This document shows, piece after piece, positions 1 through 10,886 of a stretch of 64,000 bases of DNA (positions are counted from its first letter, which is position 1; every line of letters begins with the position of its first letter). This DNA comes from Marsupella aquatica (taxonomy: Eukaryota > Plantae > Marchantiophyta): assembly GCA_973895155.1 (NCBI GenBank), contig OZ316895.1:12097929-12161928 (forward strand). The letters run 5' to 3'. A program made the translations under genes and the position numbers. The notes beneath the pieces are model-generated. The model ran no database searches. It was given only the letters and a program-made list of their open reading frames with translations, and was not told the origin of the DNA.

Positions 1-191
1 CTTCTATGCACATATGTTAAGGTGAGGTCATAGAGTTCATTTTTTTAATGTAAATAGAAATCATGACAAAAAATAAACATGGTTATCAATTGACATATAT
101 TATAGTCATGAATTTCTCATCCACATGGTGGGCCGTGGAGTTACAGTCTAGAACTCTAGAAACCTAGGCCCCAACTCTAGCTTGTAGTTGG
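1..191 (-). mobile_element. Remnant of non-autonomous Helitron-like repeat; continues at 7647-7652 and ~20732-20775
   Basis: Matches the repeat at 61592-62278 (ctagaaacctaggccccaactctagcttgtagttgg vs ctagaagcctagtcccctactctagcttgtagttgg). Interrupted by the Copia and Sola-like insertions. Confidence 0.65.
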
Positions 192-536
192 TGTTAGATA
201 TTGCTCTAGTCTTGTGACTCAGGAGCTAACCAAAGTTAGTCTAACTCGGGTTAGGACTTAGCTAATGTTAGCGGTAGTGTTGTTGTGCATATAGCCAGGG
301 CTTATGCTAGACCCTGGGTGGAACTTAGGCTGATTGTTACGGAGCTAGTTGAGAGATAGGGAGAGCTTGTGCTATGGATGCTTGGTATGGCCGATCGGCC
401 TAGAGTGCAATAAAGCTCTTGTGTGTTCCCGTGGACGTAGCCTCATGTGGAGGTGAACCTCGTATCTCTCTGTGTCGACTATTGTGCCTTGGATGGTTCA
501 TGGGCTTGCTGTTACGAATATCGTCTATGCTCATCA
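192..536 (+). repeat. 5' LTR of Copia-1
   Basis: TGTTAGATA...GCTCATCA; direct repeat of 7297-7641. Confidence 0.97.
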
Positions 537-538
537 AG

Positions 539-550
539 TGGTATCAGAGC
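539..550 (+). promoter_or_regulatory. Primer-binding site (tRNA-iMet) of Copia-1
   Basis: TGGTATCAGAGC, 2 nt after the 5' LTR. Confidence 0.95.
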
Positions 551-2495
551 ATGCCTGGGAGGTGACGAGATTTTTTACGTGACAGGTTTTCCCAGCGTTC
601 ATTGTCGGTGGCACATTCGGAGTTTCGTCGCATGAAACTCGAATGTGTGTGGCTGAGCGGATAGGTTAGTGAGCGGGCTTTCTAACGGTGGTTAGAACTC
701 GCTGATCGGTATCTGTGGTGCAGAGGAATCAAATTTTGAGTCGTTCAGGTTTTATTCGTGTTCACCGGGTTTTTGGGGAGAGACCAGAGTTTGCGTTTTT
801 TCAACCGTATGAGCCGTGCGGTGCGGGAGGGATCGCACATTATAGCTCAAGTTGAAGGTTGAAATGAGCTGGTCATTTTGATAGCTGGATTGTTGCCGAG
901 TTGTTACCGAGTGCATCGTGACGAGTGAAGGAAGCATTCAGGTTTTTTCGCAAGCTATGCTTGGGGGTCTCACTATATGGGGACCTCCCCATCGCCTGCG
1001 ACGTTTTTAGGCCTCGGACCCCCTAAAATATAAGAATTTTTTATTATTTTTTAACACCTATAAAGTTGGAATATTCTAAAAATTGGATTAAAAAGACCCT
1101 AATGTTCTTATAAGTCTCAAAATTGAATTTAAAAGACCCTATTGTTTTTCTACAAAAATTCTTAAGTCTTCCCTTAGAACCAATAAAATGACCCTATCCT
1201 TTGTCGCACGTGATATGCCATTTTTGTGGAAGTGAAACCCCCGAGAAGCTATGGAGCTTGTTCTCATCTGAACCGGGTTTCTCTTCGTGACGTCCGACTC
1301 GGTGGAAGAAACACGAAGTGCTACGGCTCAATGGTTTGATCGCGGCGAGGCGGTCGTTTTGAGCCCAAGATTGGCACTTGATGCGGAGTGAAGTCAATGC
1401 AGCATAATTTTTTATTTTATTTTTCTCTACTGGAGCTGTAGATTGTGCTGGTGCAATTCGGCAACTTTTCCCGTCGGCGGCGTTCACTTTACTCATTGAA
1501 AACGGCGACAGCAAGGTGAGTAAACAGGGCACAATTTGTTTTAAGTAAAATTTTGGCCCTAAGAGGGTCACTTGGTGTGTGTATACACACACGAGATGTG
1601 TATACACACCGCATACCCCCTCCCGGCCCCGTGTACTAGTGTTATACCACCCCCCGCACTCCCGTTATTGTAGGCACAGTGGCGCCGGCCGGCACACTAA
1701 GCGCGACCAGAGACCCTACTGCCGGCGACCATAGCATCCCCAGCGCCCACCATAAGGCAGCCGGCGACGCCCTCCGGCCGGCCTTGGTGTTCCCTGCCTC
1801 TTCGCGAACGATTCCTACCTCCAGTCGGTGCCCCTCCCCGATGCACGGCGTTGATTCGCCCCCTGACCTTGTATCCGGCTGCGTATGTAGCCAAAGCTGC
1901 TATGCCATCGCCATCCTTACGCCCCTGCCCGCGTACGTTGCGACCCCATATGGGGTGTATTTTTACTTAAGGGGCGTTTGGACCCCCTTTAGAGCGCTGT
2001 TTTAGGCATTTTTTCCTTGTTTTTCCCCAGCTCTTCAAATTGGCTATCTTGGGCCCAGTGACCCGGCGTTTTAACTGCTCTGACAAGGGGAACGGCCCCC
2101 TGTGAGACTTGTCCGACTGTGCGGGAATATTCCCCAAAAACAAAGAGTTGTTTTTGGCCGTCCCACAAAGATTCCGCGCACGGAATAGTAACTTTTTTGG
2201 TTCTTTTTTGGCGCGGTCGTAGCCATTGAAGTTGGCAAAGCGGCGCACCAATCACATTGCAATTCCGATGACGGGTTGTACTTGGTATTTTGGTTATTCC
2301 ATGAGGTGGTCAAAACGGGGGAGTTTCCCAAGGTTTTACCCACCCAACCAAAATTTGAATAATTTTTTCGTCGAATGTTGAATTTAATTTTGGCTTTCAG
2401 TATTGGACTCCTAGATTTGTGGGCTATGCGGTGGTGTTGAGTTTTGAGTTTTATGAATAGTTTCAAAAAAAAACATTTTTTTGTGATTGTTTCAT

Positions 2496-5400
2496 ATGAG
2501 TGACTCGGAGAATAATGGAAGAATTGGTGTCGGTGGAGCTTCAAGATCACGACGATCAGACAGTGAGTCTGAGGAGGAGCTGCTACCATTTGAGGAGGAA
2601 CTGTTGAGCATCAACGACAATCACAACGGCAAGTCCATGAACCATCCAACGCACAAGAGTCGACACAGAGAGATACGTGGTTCACCTCCACATGAGGCTA
2701 CATCCATGGGAACACACAAGAGCTTTACTGCACTCTAGGCCAACTGGCCATACCAAGCATCCATAGCACAAGCTCTCTCTATCTCTCAACTGGCTCCGTA
2801 AGAATGAGCCTGAGTTCCACCTCTCCAAGCAAACACCGCTTGGGTATAGAGTGTGCACAGCATGACTAACCTAACCAAGTCTGCAACTAAGATTAGCCTT
2901 AACTACAGTACAGTCGTAACTCTAGACCTAAGAGTAAATCCTAACAGGAACTAGTATCACCGGTATGATCACCGGTGCGGCTTGCAGTGGAGGAAGCTGT
3001 ACTACTACCAAAGCTGTCAGTAGTGGGGAAGAAGAGGGAGATGGCAAGATTTGGAGGAGTGAAGTTTGAGGTGGAGAAGTACGATGGTCGTACTGACTAC
3101 TTGTTGTGGGAGAAGCAAGTGAAGGGTGTTCTACGGGCCATGGGCTTAGCTCATCTGCTCTCTTCGCGAGAGCAGTATGATGGAGAAAAGGAGATTTTAG
3201 AGAAGCAGTGGAGACAGGAGCAGGTGATTGTTGTCAATGCAGTGATGCTATATCTCAAGCTGCACATCATCCAGCAGCTGGATGATGATGCGGATTGCGC
3301 ATCATTGTTCAAGGCTCTAAGAGAGAAGTACTACCGGGAAGATGCGTCAGACCGGCTGTACAAGAAATCTCTCTTGATGAGCCTCAGGCTCAAGGAAGGG
3401 AGCAAGCTACAAGATCACTTGGATGAGTTTGACAGTCTAGCGGTGGATCTGTCAAACCTGGGCAAGGGAGTTGAAGATGAGGATAAGGTCTTGCTTCTGC
3501 TAAGCTCCCTACCGCCGTCTTATCAGGGCTTGAAACATGTACTTTTGTACAGAGATTTGAAGTTCATTTCGTATAATGAGGTGGTGAGCTCTTCACTGTC
3601 TGATGATGCCCAAAAGAAGTTGGGTCAATCACAGACAACATCTTCTTCTAGCACTGCGCTGAACGTGAACCGTGGAAGACCAGCGCAGCGCACGAATGGG
3701 CAGAATAGGTTTAGATCTACATCATGGGGGAGATGTAAATCTAGAGGGAAATTGCAAGAGAGGAAGCCTCTTGCATGTTGGAGATGTGGCAAGCCAGACC
3801 ACATGAAAAGAGATTGTCGAGTAAAGGACCCTAATGCATCAGCTAACATCGCATGAGGTAGATTAACTCGATGATGATGACATATTGTGATACCAAGGTT
3901 ATGCTCTCAACGTAGTGTCAAATCCAGGTAGAGATGATTGGATTCTAGATAGTGCATGTACTTTTTACATTTGCTCTATGAGAGATTTTCCCAGTTCTTA
4001 CACGGTTTCCAACGGGTTAGTGTTGATGGGAAATGGAATCCCATGTCAAGTAGTTAGACTTGGATCTGTTAGATTTCAGATGTTTGATGGTGCTGTGAGA
4101 ACGTTGAGGAATGTGAGACATATTCCCAGTATGATGAAAAATCTCATTTCATTTGGAGTTTTAGAAGCAAATGGCCATCAATGGAGTTCTGCTAATGGTG
4201 TCCTTCAAGTTTTAACTGGTACTAAAGTTGTATTGAAGGGAAAGAGACATAATAATCTATACGTTTTGGAGGGCAATATAGTCTGTGATGAAGCCGATGT
4301 AACCTTATCTCATGAGGAGATGGCCCGGCTATGGCACTTCTGTTTGGGCCACATGAGTGAAAAAGGTTTGGTTATTCTTCAGAAGAAAGGATTACTTTCT
4401 AATTTGTAATCTTGTAAGTTGGAATTTTGTGAGCACTGTGTGCTTGGGAAACAGCACAGAAAACCCTTCGGAGTTGAAACTCACACCAGCAAGGAGGTAC
4501 TTGAGTATGTACATAGTGATGTGTGGGGTCCAGCCCCTACTCCCTCACATTCTGGACGGTTATACTATGTCACGTTCATAGACGATTACTCAAGGTATGT
4601 GTGGATATACTTTATACACAGTAAGTCTGATGTTTTTGCCACTTTTAAGGAGTGGAAAGCCCAAGTTGAGAATCAGATTGGTAATAAGGTGAGATATCTT
4701 CGATCGAATAATGGCGGTGAATATAGTTCCGGGGAATTTGGAACGTATTGTAAGGAACAAGAGATTACCAGCCATCTCACAACAAGTTATACTCCTCAAC
4801 AGAATGGTGTTTTTGAAAGACTCAATCGAACACTATTGGACCGCTCGAGGAGCATGTTGAGTCAATCATGCTTATCACATGAGTTTTGGGCTGATGCTAT
4901 CAACACTGCAGCTTATTTGGTAAATTTTTCTCCATCCAGTTCTATTGGATTCAAGAGGCCATTTGAAATGAGGTACGGGCGTCCAGCAGATTACTCACAT
5001 CTGAGGATTTTTGGATGTGATGCTTATGTGCTTACACCTTCCCAGCTTTGATCCAAGCTGGAATCTAAGTCGAAGAAGTGTATTTTCCTTGGCTATCAGA
5101 AAGGTGTGAAGGGTTATAGGTTATGGGATCCAATAACCTATAAACTAATTGTCAGTAGAGATGTGTCCTTTAATGAATCCAGATCATCAAAGGAGGGGGA
5201 GAGTTCTCAGGACTCCCATACTGACAAGGGGAAATCTTCCATCCCGGACCAAGTTGAGGAGGAGATTAGTCATGATGATGTTCATGACAGGAGAGATGGA
5301 GAAACTTTGGACATGGAGCTGGTTCCTGTAATGGAACAAGAGGAGTAGATTGTTGCTGGGGTACCTCAAATTCAGCCAGTAGCAGCAGCAAATCAGCTTG

Positions 5401-7089
5401 AATCATTTACTAGAAGAACTTCCAATCGTTCTACTAGACTCACCTAAGCTAGATGATATTGACATTAATTGCACCTGATGAAGATGATATGGCTTTGATC
5501 TTGGAAGGAGGAGAGTCTTCTTCATATAGTGAGGCTTGTGCTTTAGAGTAGAAGCATGAACTATGGAATGCAGCAATGCAGAGGGAGTTACAATCTTTGA
5601 GTGACAACAAGACATGGGAGCTGGTGGAGCTTCCAAGAGGTCAGCAAGTGGTGGACAACAAGTGGATTTACAAGTTGAAGGACAGTCCTTCAGAGGGTGG
5701 AGATAAGATCTACAAGGCAAGGCTTGTTGCCAAGGATTCACTCAGGAGAAAGGAGTGGATTACAATGAAGTCTTTTCACCGGTGGCTAAGTATTCCACAA
5801 TTCGAATCTTGTGTCAAGTTGTTGTGTTTTTTGGTATGATGATGAATCAGATGGATGTTGTTACTGATTTTCTCTATGGCAACCTGGAAGAGATGATCTT
5901 CATGAGACAGCCAGTAGGCTTTATGAAGAAGGGCCAAGAGAACTTAGTTTGCAGATTGCTCAAGTCCTTGTATGGATTGAAGCAATCTCCTAAATAGTGG
6001 AACAAGCGGTTTGATGATTTCATGCTTGTTCGATCAAGGTTTTACAAGGATGGTATTTGATCCTTGTGTGTATACAAAATCAGTCAAGAATGATGTATTT
6101 GGTTCATCATTCTGGTTATCTATGTGGATGACATGCTGATTGTGGCTAAAGATGAATCTGAGGTTGACAAACTCAAGGCAAAATTGAGTTCTGAATTCAG
6201 GATGAAGGATCTTGGTAAGGCCAAGAGGATCTTAGGGATGGAGATTTTTAGGAACTCTGATACTGGACAGTTGTACTTGAGTCAAGGCCAGTATGCGAGA
6301 AAAGTACTTGCACGATTCAACATGAAAAATTGTAAATCAGTGAGTATTCCTTTAGCTTCACATTTCAAGTTGTCATCAACTTTCTCTCCTACAGATGCTG
6401 TGGAGAAAGGTCTGATGGCTAAGATTCCTTATGAGAAGGCAATAGGCAGTCTGATGTATTTGATGACTTGTACTAGGCCTAACTTGGCCCTGGCGATGGA
6501 CAAGGTTAGCAGATTCATGTCGAATCCAGGGAAGGTACATTGGGAAGCTGTGAAGTGGATTCTCACGTATGTGAAGGGAACACAGGACTATAGATTACTA
6601 TTTGATGCCACATCAGATAGAACGTTAGTTGGCTATGTAGATTCTAACTATGGAGGTTGTTTGGACACAAGGAGGTCTACAATTGGGTTTGTATTTAGTC
6701 TTGGAGGAGGATGTATCAATTGGAAATCTACCTTGCAGAAGTGTATATCTCACTCTACTACAAAAGTAGAGTATGTTGCATCAGCAGAAGCAACAAAGGA
6801 AGCAATTTGGTTGGACAAGTTGATCGGGGAGATGGGTTTAGAGCATGGCAAAATGACTCTAAACTGTGATAGTTAGAGTGCTCTTCATTTGGCTGCTAAC
6901 CAGGTGATGGATAGCAGAGTGAAGCACATTGATATCAGGTACCATTTTATTAGGCAAGCAGTGTCTGATAAAACTTTTGAGCTAGTCAAGATTGATGGAA
7001 AGCTCAATCCCGCTGATGCCTTTACCAAAGTGATTCCTTTGGAGAGTTTCTCAAGACACCGTGCTACTTTGCAAGTTTTGCAGTTGTAG
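2496..7089 (+). pseudogene. Copia gag-pol polyprotein, disrupted by a solo LTR, stops and frameshifts
   Basis: Gag (FEVEKYDGRTDYLLW; zinc knuckle CWRCGKPDHMKRDC), protease WILDSAC, integrase HSDVWGP and YTPQQNGV, RT QMDVVTDFL and YVDDML, RNase H GYVDS and KHIDIRYHF, spread over several ORF fragments. Confidence 0.95.
2602..2946 (-). mobile_element. Solo LTR inserted antisense into the Copia-1 gag 5' end
   Basis: 345 bp, TG..CA ends, 5-bp TSD GGAAC (2597-2601, 2947-2951), homologous to the reverse complement of the Copia LTRs. Confidence 0.92.
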
Positions 7090-7280
7090 TGCAAGTAGAG
7101 TTATTTAGCAATGTGTGATTATTTGTATATGGATTACTCATCCCTGATTGGCTACGGCTTAGTTCTAGTTAACCCTTAGTTAACCCTTGTGGTTTTTAGG
7201 GGGAGACCTGGTTTGGTGATTGTCTAGAACTTCCCGTTGAGGATTCCATATGGTAGCATTTAGTCCAGTCTAGAAGACAA

Positions 7281-7294
7281 GAGTCAAGGGGGAG
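7281..7294 (+). promoter_or_regulatory. Polypurine tract of Copia-1
   Basis: GAGTCAAGGGGGAG just before the 3' LTR. Confidence 0.85.
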
Positions 7295-7296
7295 TT

Positions 7297-7641
7297 TGTT
7301 AGATATTGCTCTAGTCTTGTGACTCATGAGCTAACCACAGTTAGTCTAACTCGGGTTAGGACTTAGCTAATGTTAGCGGTAGTGTTGTTGTGCATATAGC
7401 CAGGGCTTATGCCAGACCCTAGGTGGAACTTAGGCTCATTGTTACGGAGTTAGTTGAGAGATAGGGAGACCTTGTGCTGTGGATGCTTGGTATGGCCGAT
7501 CGGCCTAGAGTGCAGTAAAGCTCTTGTGTGTTCCCGTGGACGTAGCCTCATGTGGAGGTGAACCACGTATCTTTCTGTGTTGACTATTGTACGTTGGATG
7601 GTTCATGGGCTTGCTGTTACGAATGTCGTCTATGCTCATCA
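7297..7641 (+). repeat. 3' LTR of Copia-1
   Basis: Direct repeat of 192-536, followed by TSD GTTGG. Confidence 0.97.
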
Positions 7642-7652
7642 GTTGGGGCTTT

Positions 7653-7678
7653 ATCAGCCTATTCATTAAAAGTGTATT
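7653..7678 (+). repeat. Left terminal inverted repeat (26 bp)
   Basis: Exact reverse complement of 20702-20727. Confidence 0.95.
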
Positions 7679-7689
7679 ATTATTTGATT

Positions 7690-8015
7690 TATGTACATTT
7701 GGGCAATGAAAAGTGTACTTTTGGGCTTGGAAAAGTGTACATTTGGCCAATGAAAAGTGTACATTTGGGGATAGAAAAATGTACAATTGGCCCAAAGAGT
7801 GTACATTTGGGCAATGAAAAGTGTAAATTTGAACATCAAAATAGGTACATTTGGCTTTAAAAGTGTACATTTGAGTACATTTGGCCTAGAAAGTGTACAT
7901 TTGAGTGAAAAATGCATACATTTGGCTTAAAAAGTGTACATTTAAGTGCATTTGGTCTAGAAAGTGTAACTTTTAGTGCAACAAAGTGTACATTTGGCCT
8001 AAAAAGTGTACATTT
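7690..8015 (+). repeat. Left subterminal array of AAAGTGTACATTT(G) motifs
   Basis: Roughly 15 variably spaced copies; a variant (AAAAGTGTATT) lies inside the TIR. Confidence 0.9.
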
Positions 8016-8267
8016 GCCTACCAACTCTTCTTATAATCATTTAAAAGAAAGGAATGAATAGAAAAATATTTTTAATTATGTAGAAAAAGCAAACATTCAT
8101 ATTCATAATGATCAAAAGTTTAGAAAATGAGGAGATAGTATCAAATTAAAACTATTAGAATAGTAAATAACTAGTACGTAAATTACTATGTTTGAATGAG
8201 TGACTATCTTAGTTACATAAAAACTAGTAACTATCTATTTAATTATTATAGCTTCTAACAACTAAGT

Positions 8268-10886
8268 CTACTTGTCCATCCTTTGAAGATAATTTTGGAC
8301 AGTTTGTAGAACATTTTGAGGGATCTTCAAACCTCTGCCCGCCATGTTTTCTTCTTTCATTCCAGATTTAAAACCATACATTGCAGAATTTGCATACTGC
8401 CAATGTTGAGTATTCTCACCAAACCCTGGATCTCGTTCCCATGTCTTAGTGGACATGAAACAATTTAGATACCGCGCACTCTCAGTCACATCAAGTTTAG
8501 AGTGTTTAGGCCTCCACCATTCAACTGGGAACATTGGAGCGTACTGTCGAGGCAGAGAAGGGTTTGTTGAAGATGTAGTTGGGACTTCATGCTTTGGGTC
8601 CACCAAACCCAAAGCTCTCACCAACCAGAAATGACCTCCACCATTTTTATTCTCCCAATCATCCTCGGGTCGAAGAAATACAAAGTTTCCTTCACAAATA
8701 TCCTGTAAAGGAATCCATCGTCCTTGTTCTCTCTCAGCTCGAGATCCAACAAATGGTGTTGCTTGATCTTCCATCTCTTCCAAGACCTCATTTTGAAGAG
8801 CCGTTATCTCTGCATTCTCCTCATCTTCACTTGGAGGACCACTTTGTTCCGGTTGGTTGACCTTGTAACCAGTGCCGTGGTTAGTCTTAGGCCAAAATCT
8901 GTTTTTCAAGGGAAATTGAGTACTTCCCTCCCCTTCTAGTGCGAGCCCATTTGTCAACAACTCCACAATTCTCTCCCAATATTTCACAAGAGGAAATCTT
9001 TCCTTATATGCTATAGATGTCTCATCAGTGCAACTCCTTCTCAAAAAATCAAGGTACTTGTTAAGAAATGGGATAATCTCTTCAGATTTTTTGTGTATCT
9101 CTCCAATGGATTTAGCTAAGGGCTCTCCACTAGGTAAAAGAAGAGAATTTGTTGTCAGATCTGTTGCCCAAATGCACCTTCCACCAACTGGAGCCCAAGC
9201 TTGCTTTACATGGGACTTATACTGAAATATTGGTACATTATCTCTCATAGAGAAAAGAAATGATACAGGTTTTGAGTGACCTTGAATATCTTTCACCTTG
9301 AAAGTTTGAAGATATTCTTTGTAAGATGCAACTTCTTGTATCAATCTGGGAACTGGATGAATGCTCTCGCATTCCCATACCTCTGCCATAAGAGCAAGGA
9401 GGGTTGCAACTTCTTTGTGCTGAACTTGATATGATACCTTTGAAAAGAGTGCATCAACATCTTCGTGCGTATGACCAACCATTAGAAAAGACATTTGAAC
9501 AGTTTCAAATACTCCTCTACTCACAAGCTCGCTACAAAATGCCATGACAGTCTGGTTTTTGTTGTCCTTTGCTGAATTATCCATCTGCAATGTTAGGTGC
9601 CTTGGCAAGGGCTTGAACGATGGACTGCCTTGCTCTCCTTGCATGTCTTCTCCTTCATCCTCATCTTGTTGGTTTGGGACGGTCTCAGTCCGACTCTCAG
9701 CTCCATCTTCAGAACCAATATACCTATTCATCGGTATATTCTTTGGTTCCAAATAACCCGTCAAAAATGCTTCAAAGTCAAGTAGGGCTTGAAAGAAAGG
9801 TCTGTGAGGTTCCCAATGAAGGCCATCCAACATGTCACCTGTCTTGTCTCCATTATACTCTTCAAGGTCTCGAAGACACTTAGCCAAGGATGTCACTGTG
9901 AAATCGGCATCTCCTGGCCAAAGGCCAGTGACACTAAAGTGTGCATAAACTCCTGGATCCCTCCCGTGGGTCAACATCCCTGTGAGAGCAATAGGTAGCG
10001 GCATTCCATGACCCGAAAGAGATTTAGGAGTACTAACCATTTTTGGAATCCATGTCTTTGCTTGATCCATCTTGTCGTGAATAATGCAAAGATATTCTCC
10101 TGGGTGTTGTTTGGCCATCACTCGATGAGCGTAGTAAACATATCTACGTGACATTTGCTCACGAAGATGTTGGGCTCGCTTTTCTTCAATTTCAGCACGT
10201 TCTTTTTTCCTTCTTTCTCGCATCAAACTGTCTTTGTATTCACAACAAAGAGTACACTTGGCAAATGCACCATCTTTATGAAAACTAAAGTTTGAAAATG
10301 AGTTGCTCCAGATCTTGTAGAGAGTATTCTCTGTGACAGGAGGAAGCCCTTCTTCCTTCATCTTTGTTCTCACATCTTCCAGAATCTCTAGCTTCTTGTA
10401 ACACGCCGGAAGACGGTACTCAGTAGAGTCTGTCCCATGTGCCCCTCCATAAGGCATATGAGGCATGGGCTCTGCATTTCGAGTCAAAAAAGCCTCCAAC
10501 AGAGCTCGTGCATGCAAGGTATTTGCCCTTGTTTTCATCAAGCCCGTATTGCCATGGAACCCAATTTTGCAACACTCCACATATCTCCTTTTGTAATCAT
10601 AATATTTGGTGTGGCTAAAACCATGGATAATTGCAAATGCATGTCTGCATACGACCATACCCTTAAGAACATGGTGTCCCTTATCACGAACATCATCCTC
10701 TCTATAGTGAAAGAGGTTGAAAATGTGTGACGTTTTTGACTCGCTTGACATCCCATGAAATTCCATCCTAATATCTTCGATGTTTTCCCTTGGCATAATG
10801 AGACAACATTTTTGCTTGCAACAATTTTCTCTTTTCACGTCTCTTTGAAATTGCCTTGGTTTCCAACAACCTCCTCTTCTTTTCAT
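8268..10886 (-). CDS. Sola-like / DUF7869-type DDD transposase, main ORF (872 aa)
   Basis: Cys-rich start CCKQKCC..CRHAF, CxxC (KCTLC), putative catalytic segments IIHDKMDQ, LQMDNSAKDNKN and FLMVGHTHEDVDALFS, and a C-terminal SH3/Tudor-like segment (GNFVFLRP..HFWLVRA..VEWWRP). Confidence 0.85.
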   Translation of the reverse strand: MKRRGGCWKPRQFQRDVKRENCCKQKCCLIMPRENIEDIRMEFHGMSSESKTSHIFNLFHYREDDVRDKGHHVLKGMVVCRHAFAIIHGFSHTKYYDYKRRYVECCKIGFHGNTGLMKTRANTLHARALLEAFLTRNAEPMPHMPYGGAHGTDSTEYRLPACYKKLEILEDVRTKMKEEGLPPVTENTLYKIWSNSFSNFSFHKDGAFAKCTLCCEYKDSLMRERRKKERAEIEEKRAQHLREQMSRRYVYYAHRVMAKQHPGEYLCIIHDKMDQAKTWIPKMVSTPKSLSGHGMPLPIALTGMLTHGRDPGVYAHFSVTGLWPGDADFTVTSLAKCLRDLEEYNGDKTGDMLDGLHWEPHRPFFQALLDFEAFLTGYLEPKNIPMNRYIGSEDGAESRTETVPNQQDEDEGEDMQGEQGSPSFKPLPRHLTLQMDNSAKDNKNQTVMAFCSELVSRGVFETVQMSFLMVGHTHEDVDALFSKVSYQVQHKEVATLLALMAEVWECESIHPVPRLIQEVASYKEYLQTFKVKDIQGHSKPVSFLFSMRDNVPIFQYKSHVKQAWAPVGGRCIWATDLTTNSLLLPSGEPLAKSIGEIHKKSEEIIPFLNKYLDFLRRSCTDETSIAYKERFPLVKYWERIVELLTNGLALEGEGSTQFPLKNRFWPKTNHGTGYKVNQPEQSGPPSEDEENAEITALQNEVLEEMEDQATPFVGSRAEREQGRWIPLQDICEGNFVFLRPEDDWENKNGGGHFWLVRALGLVDPKHEVPTTSSTNPSLPRQYAPMFPVEWWRPKHSKLDVTESARYLNCFMSTKTWERDPGFGENTQHWQYANSAMYGFKSGMKEENMAGRGLKIPQNVLQTVQNYLQRMDK

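Larger units (their letters stand above)
192..7641 (+). mobile_element. Full-length decayed Ty1/Copia LTR retrotransposon (Tnt1/Tork-like), Copia-1
   Basis: Two 345-bp TG..CA LTRs (~15 substitutions by manual comparison), 5-bp TSD GTTGG (187-191, 7642-7646), PBS, PPT, and gag-PR-IN-RT-RH domain order. Confidence 0.97.
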
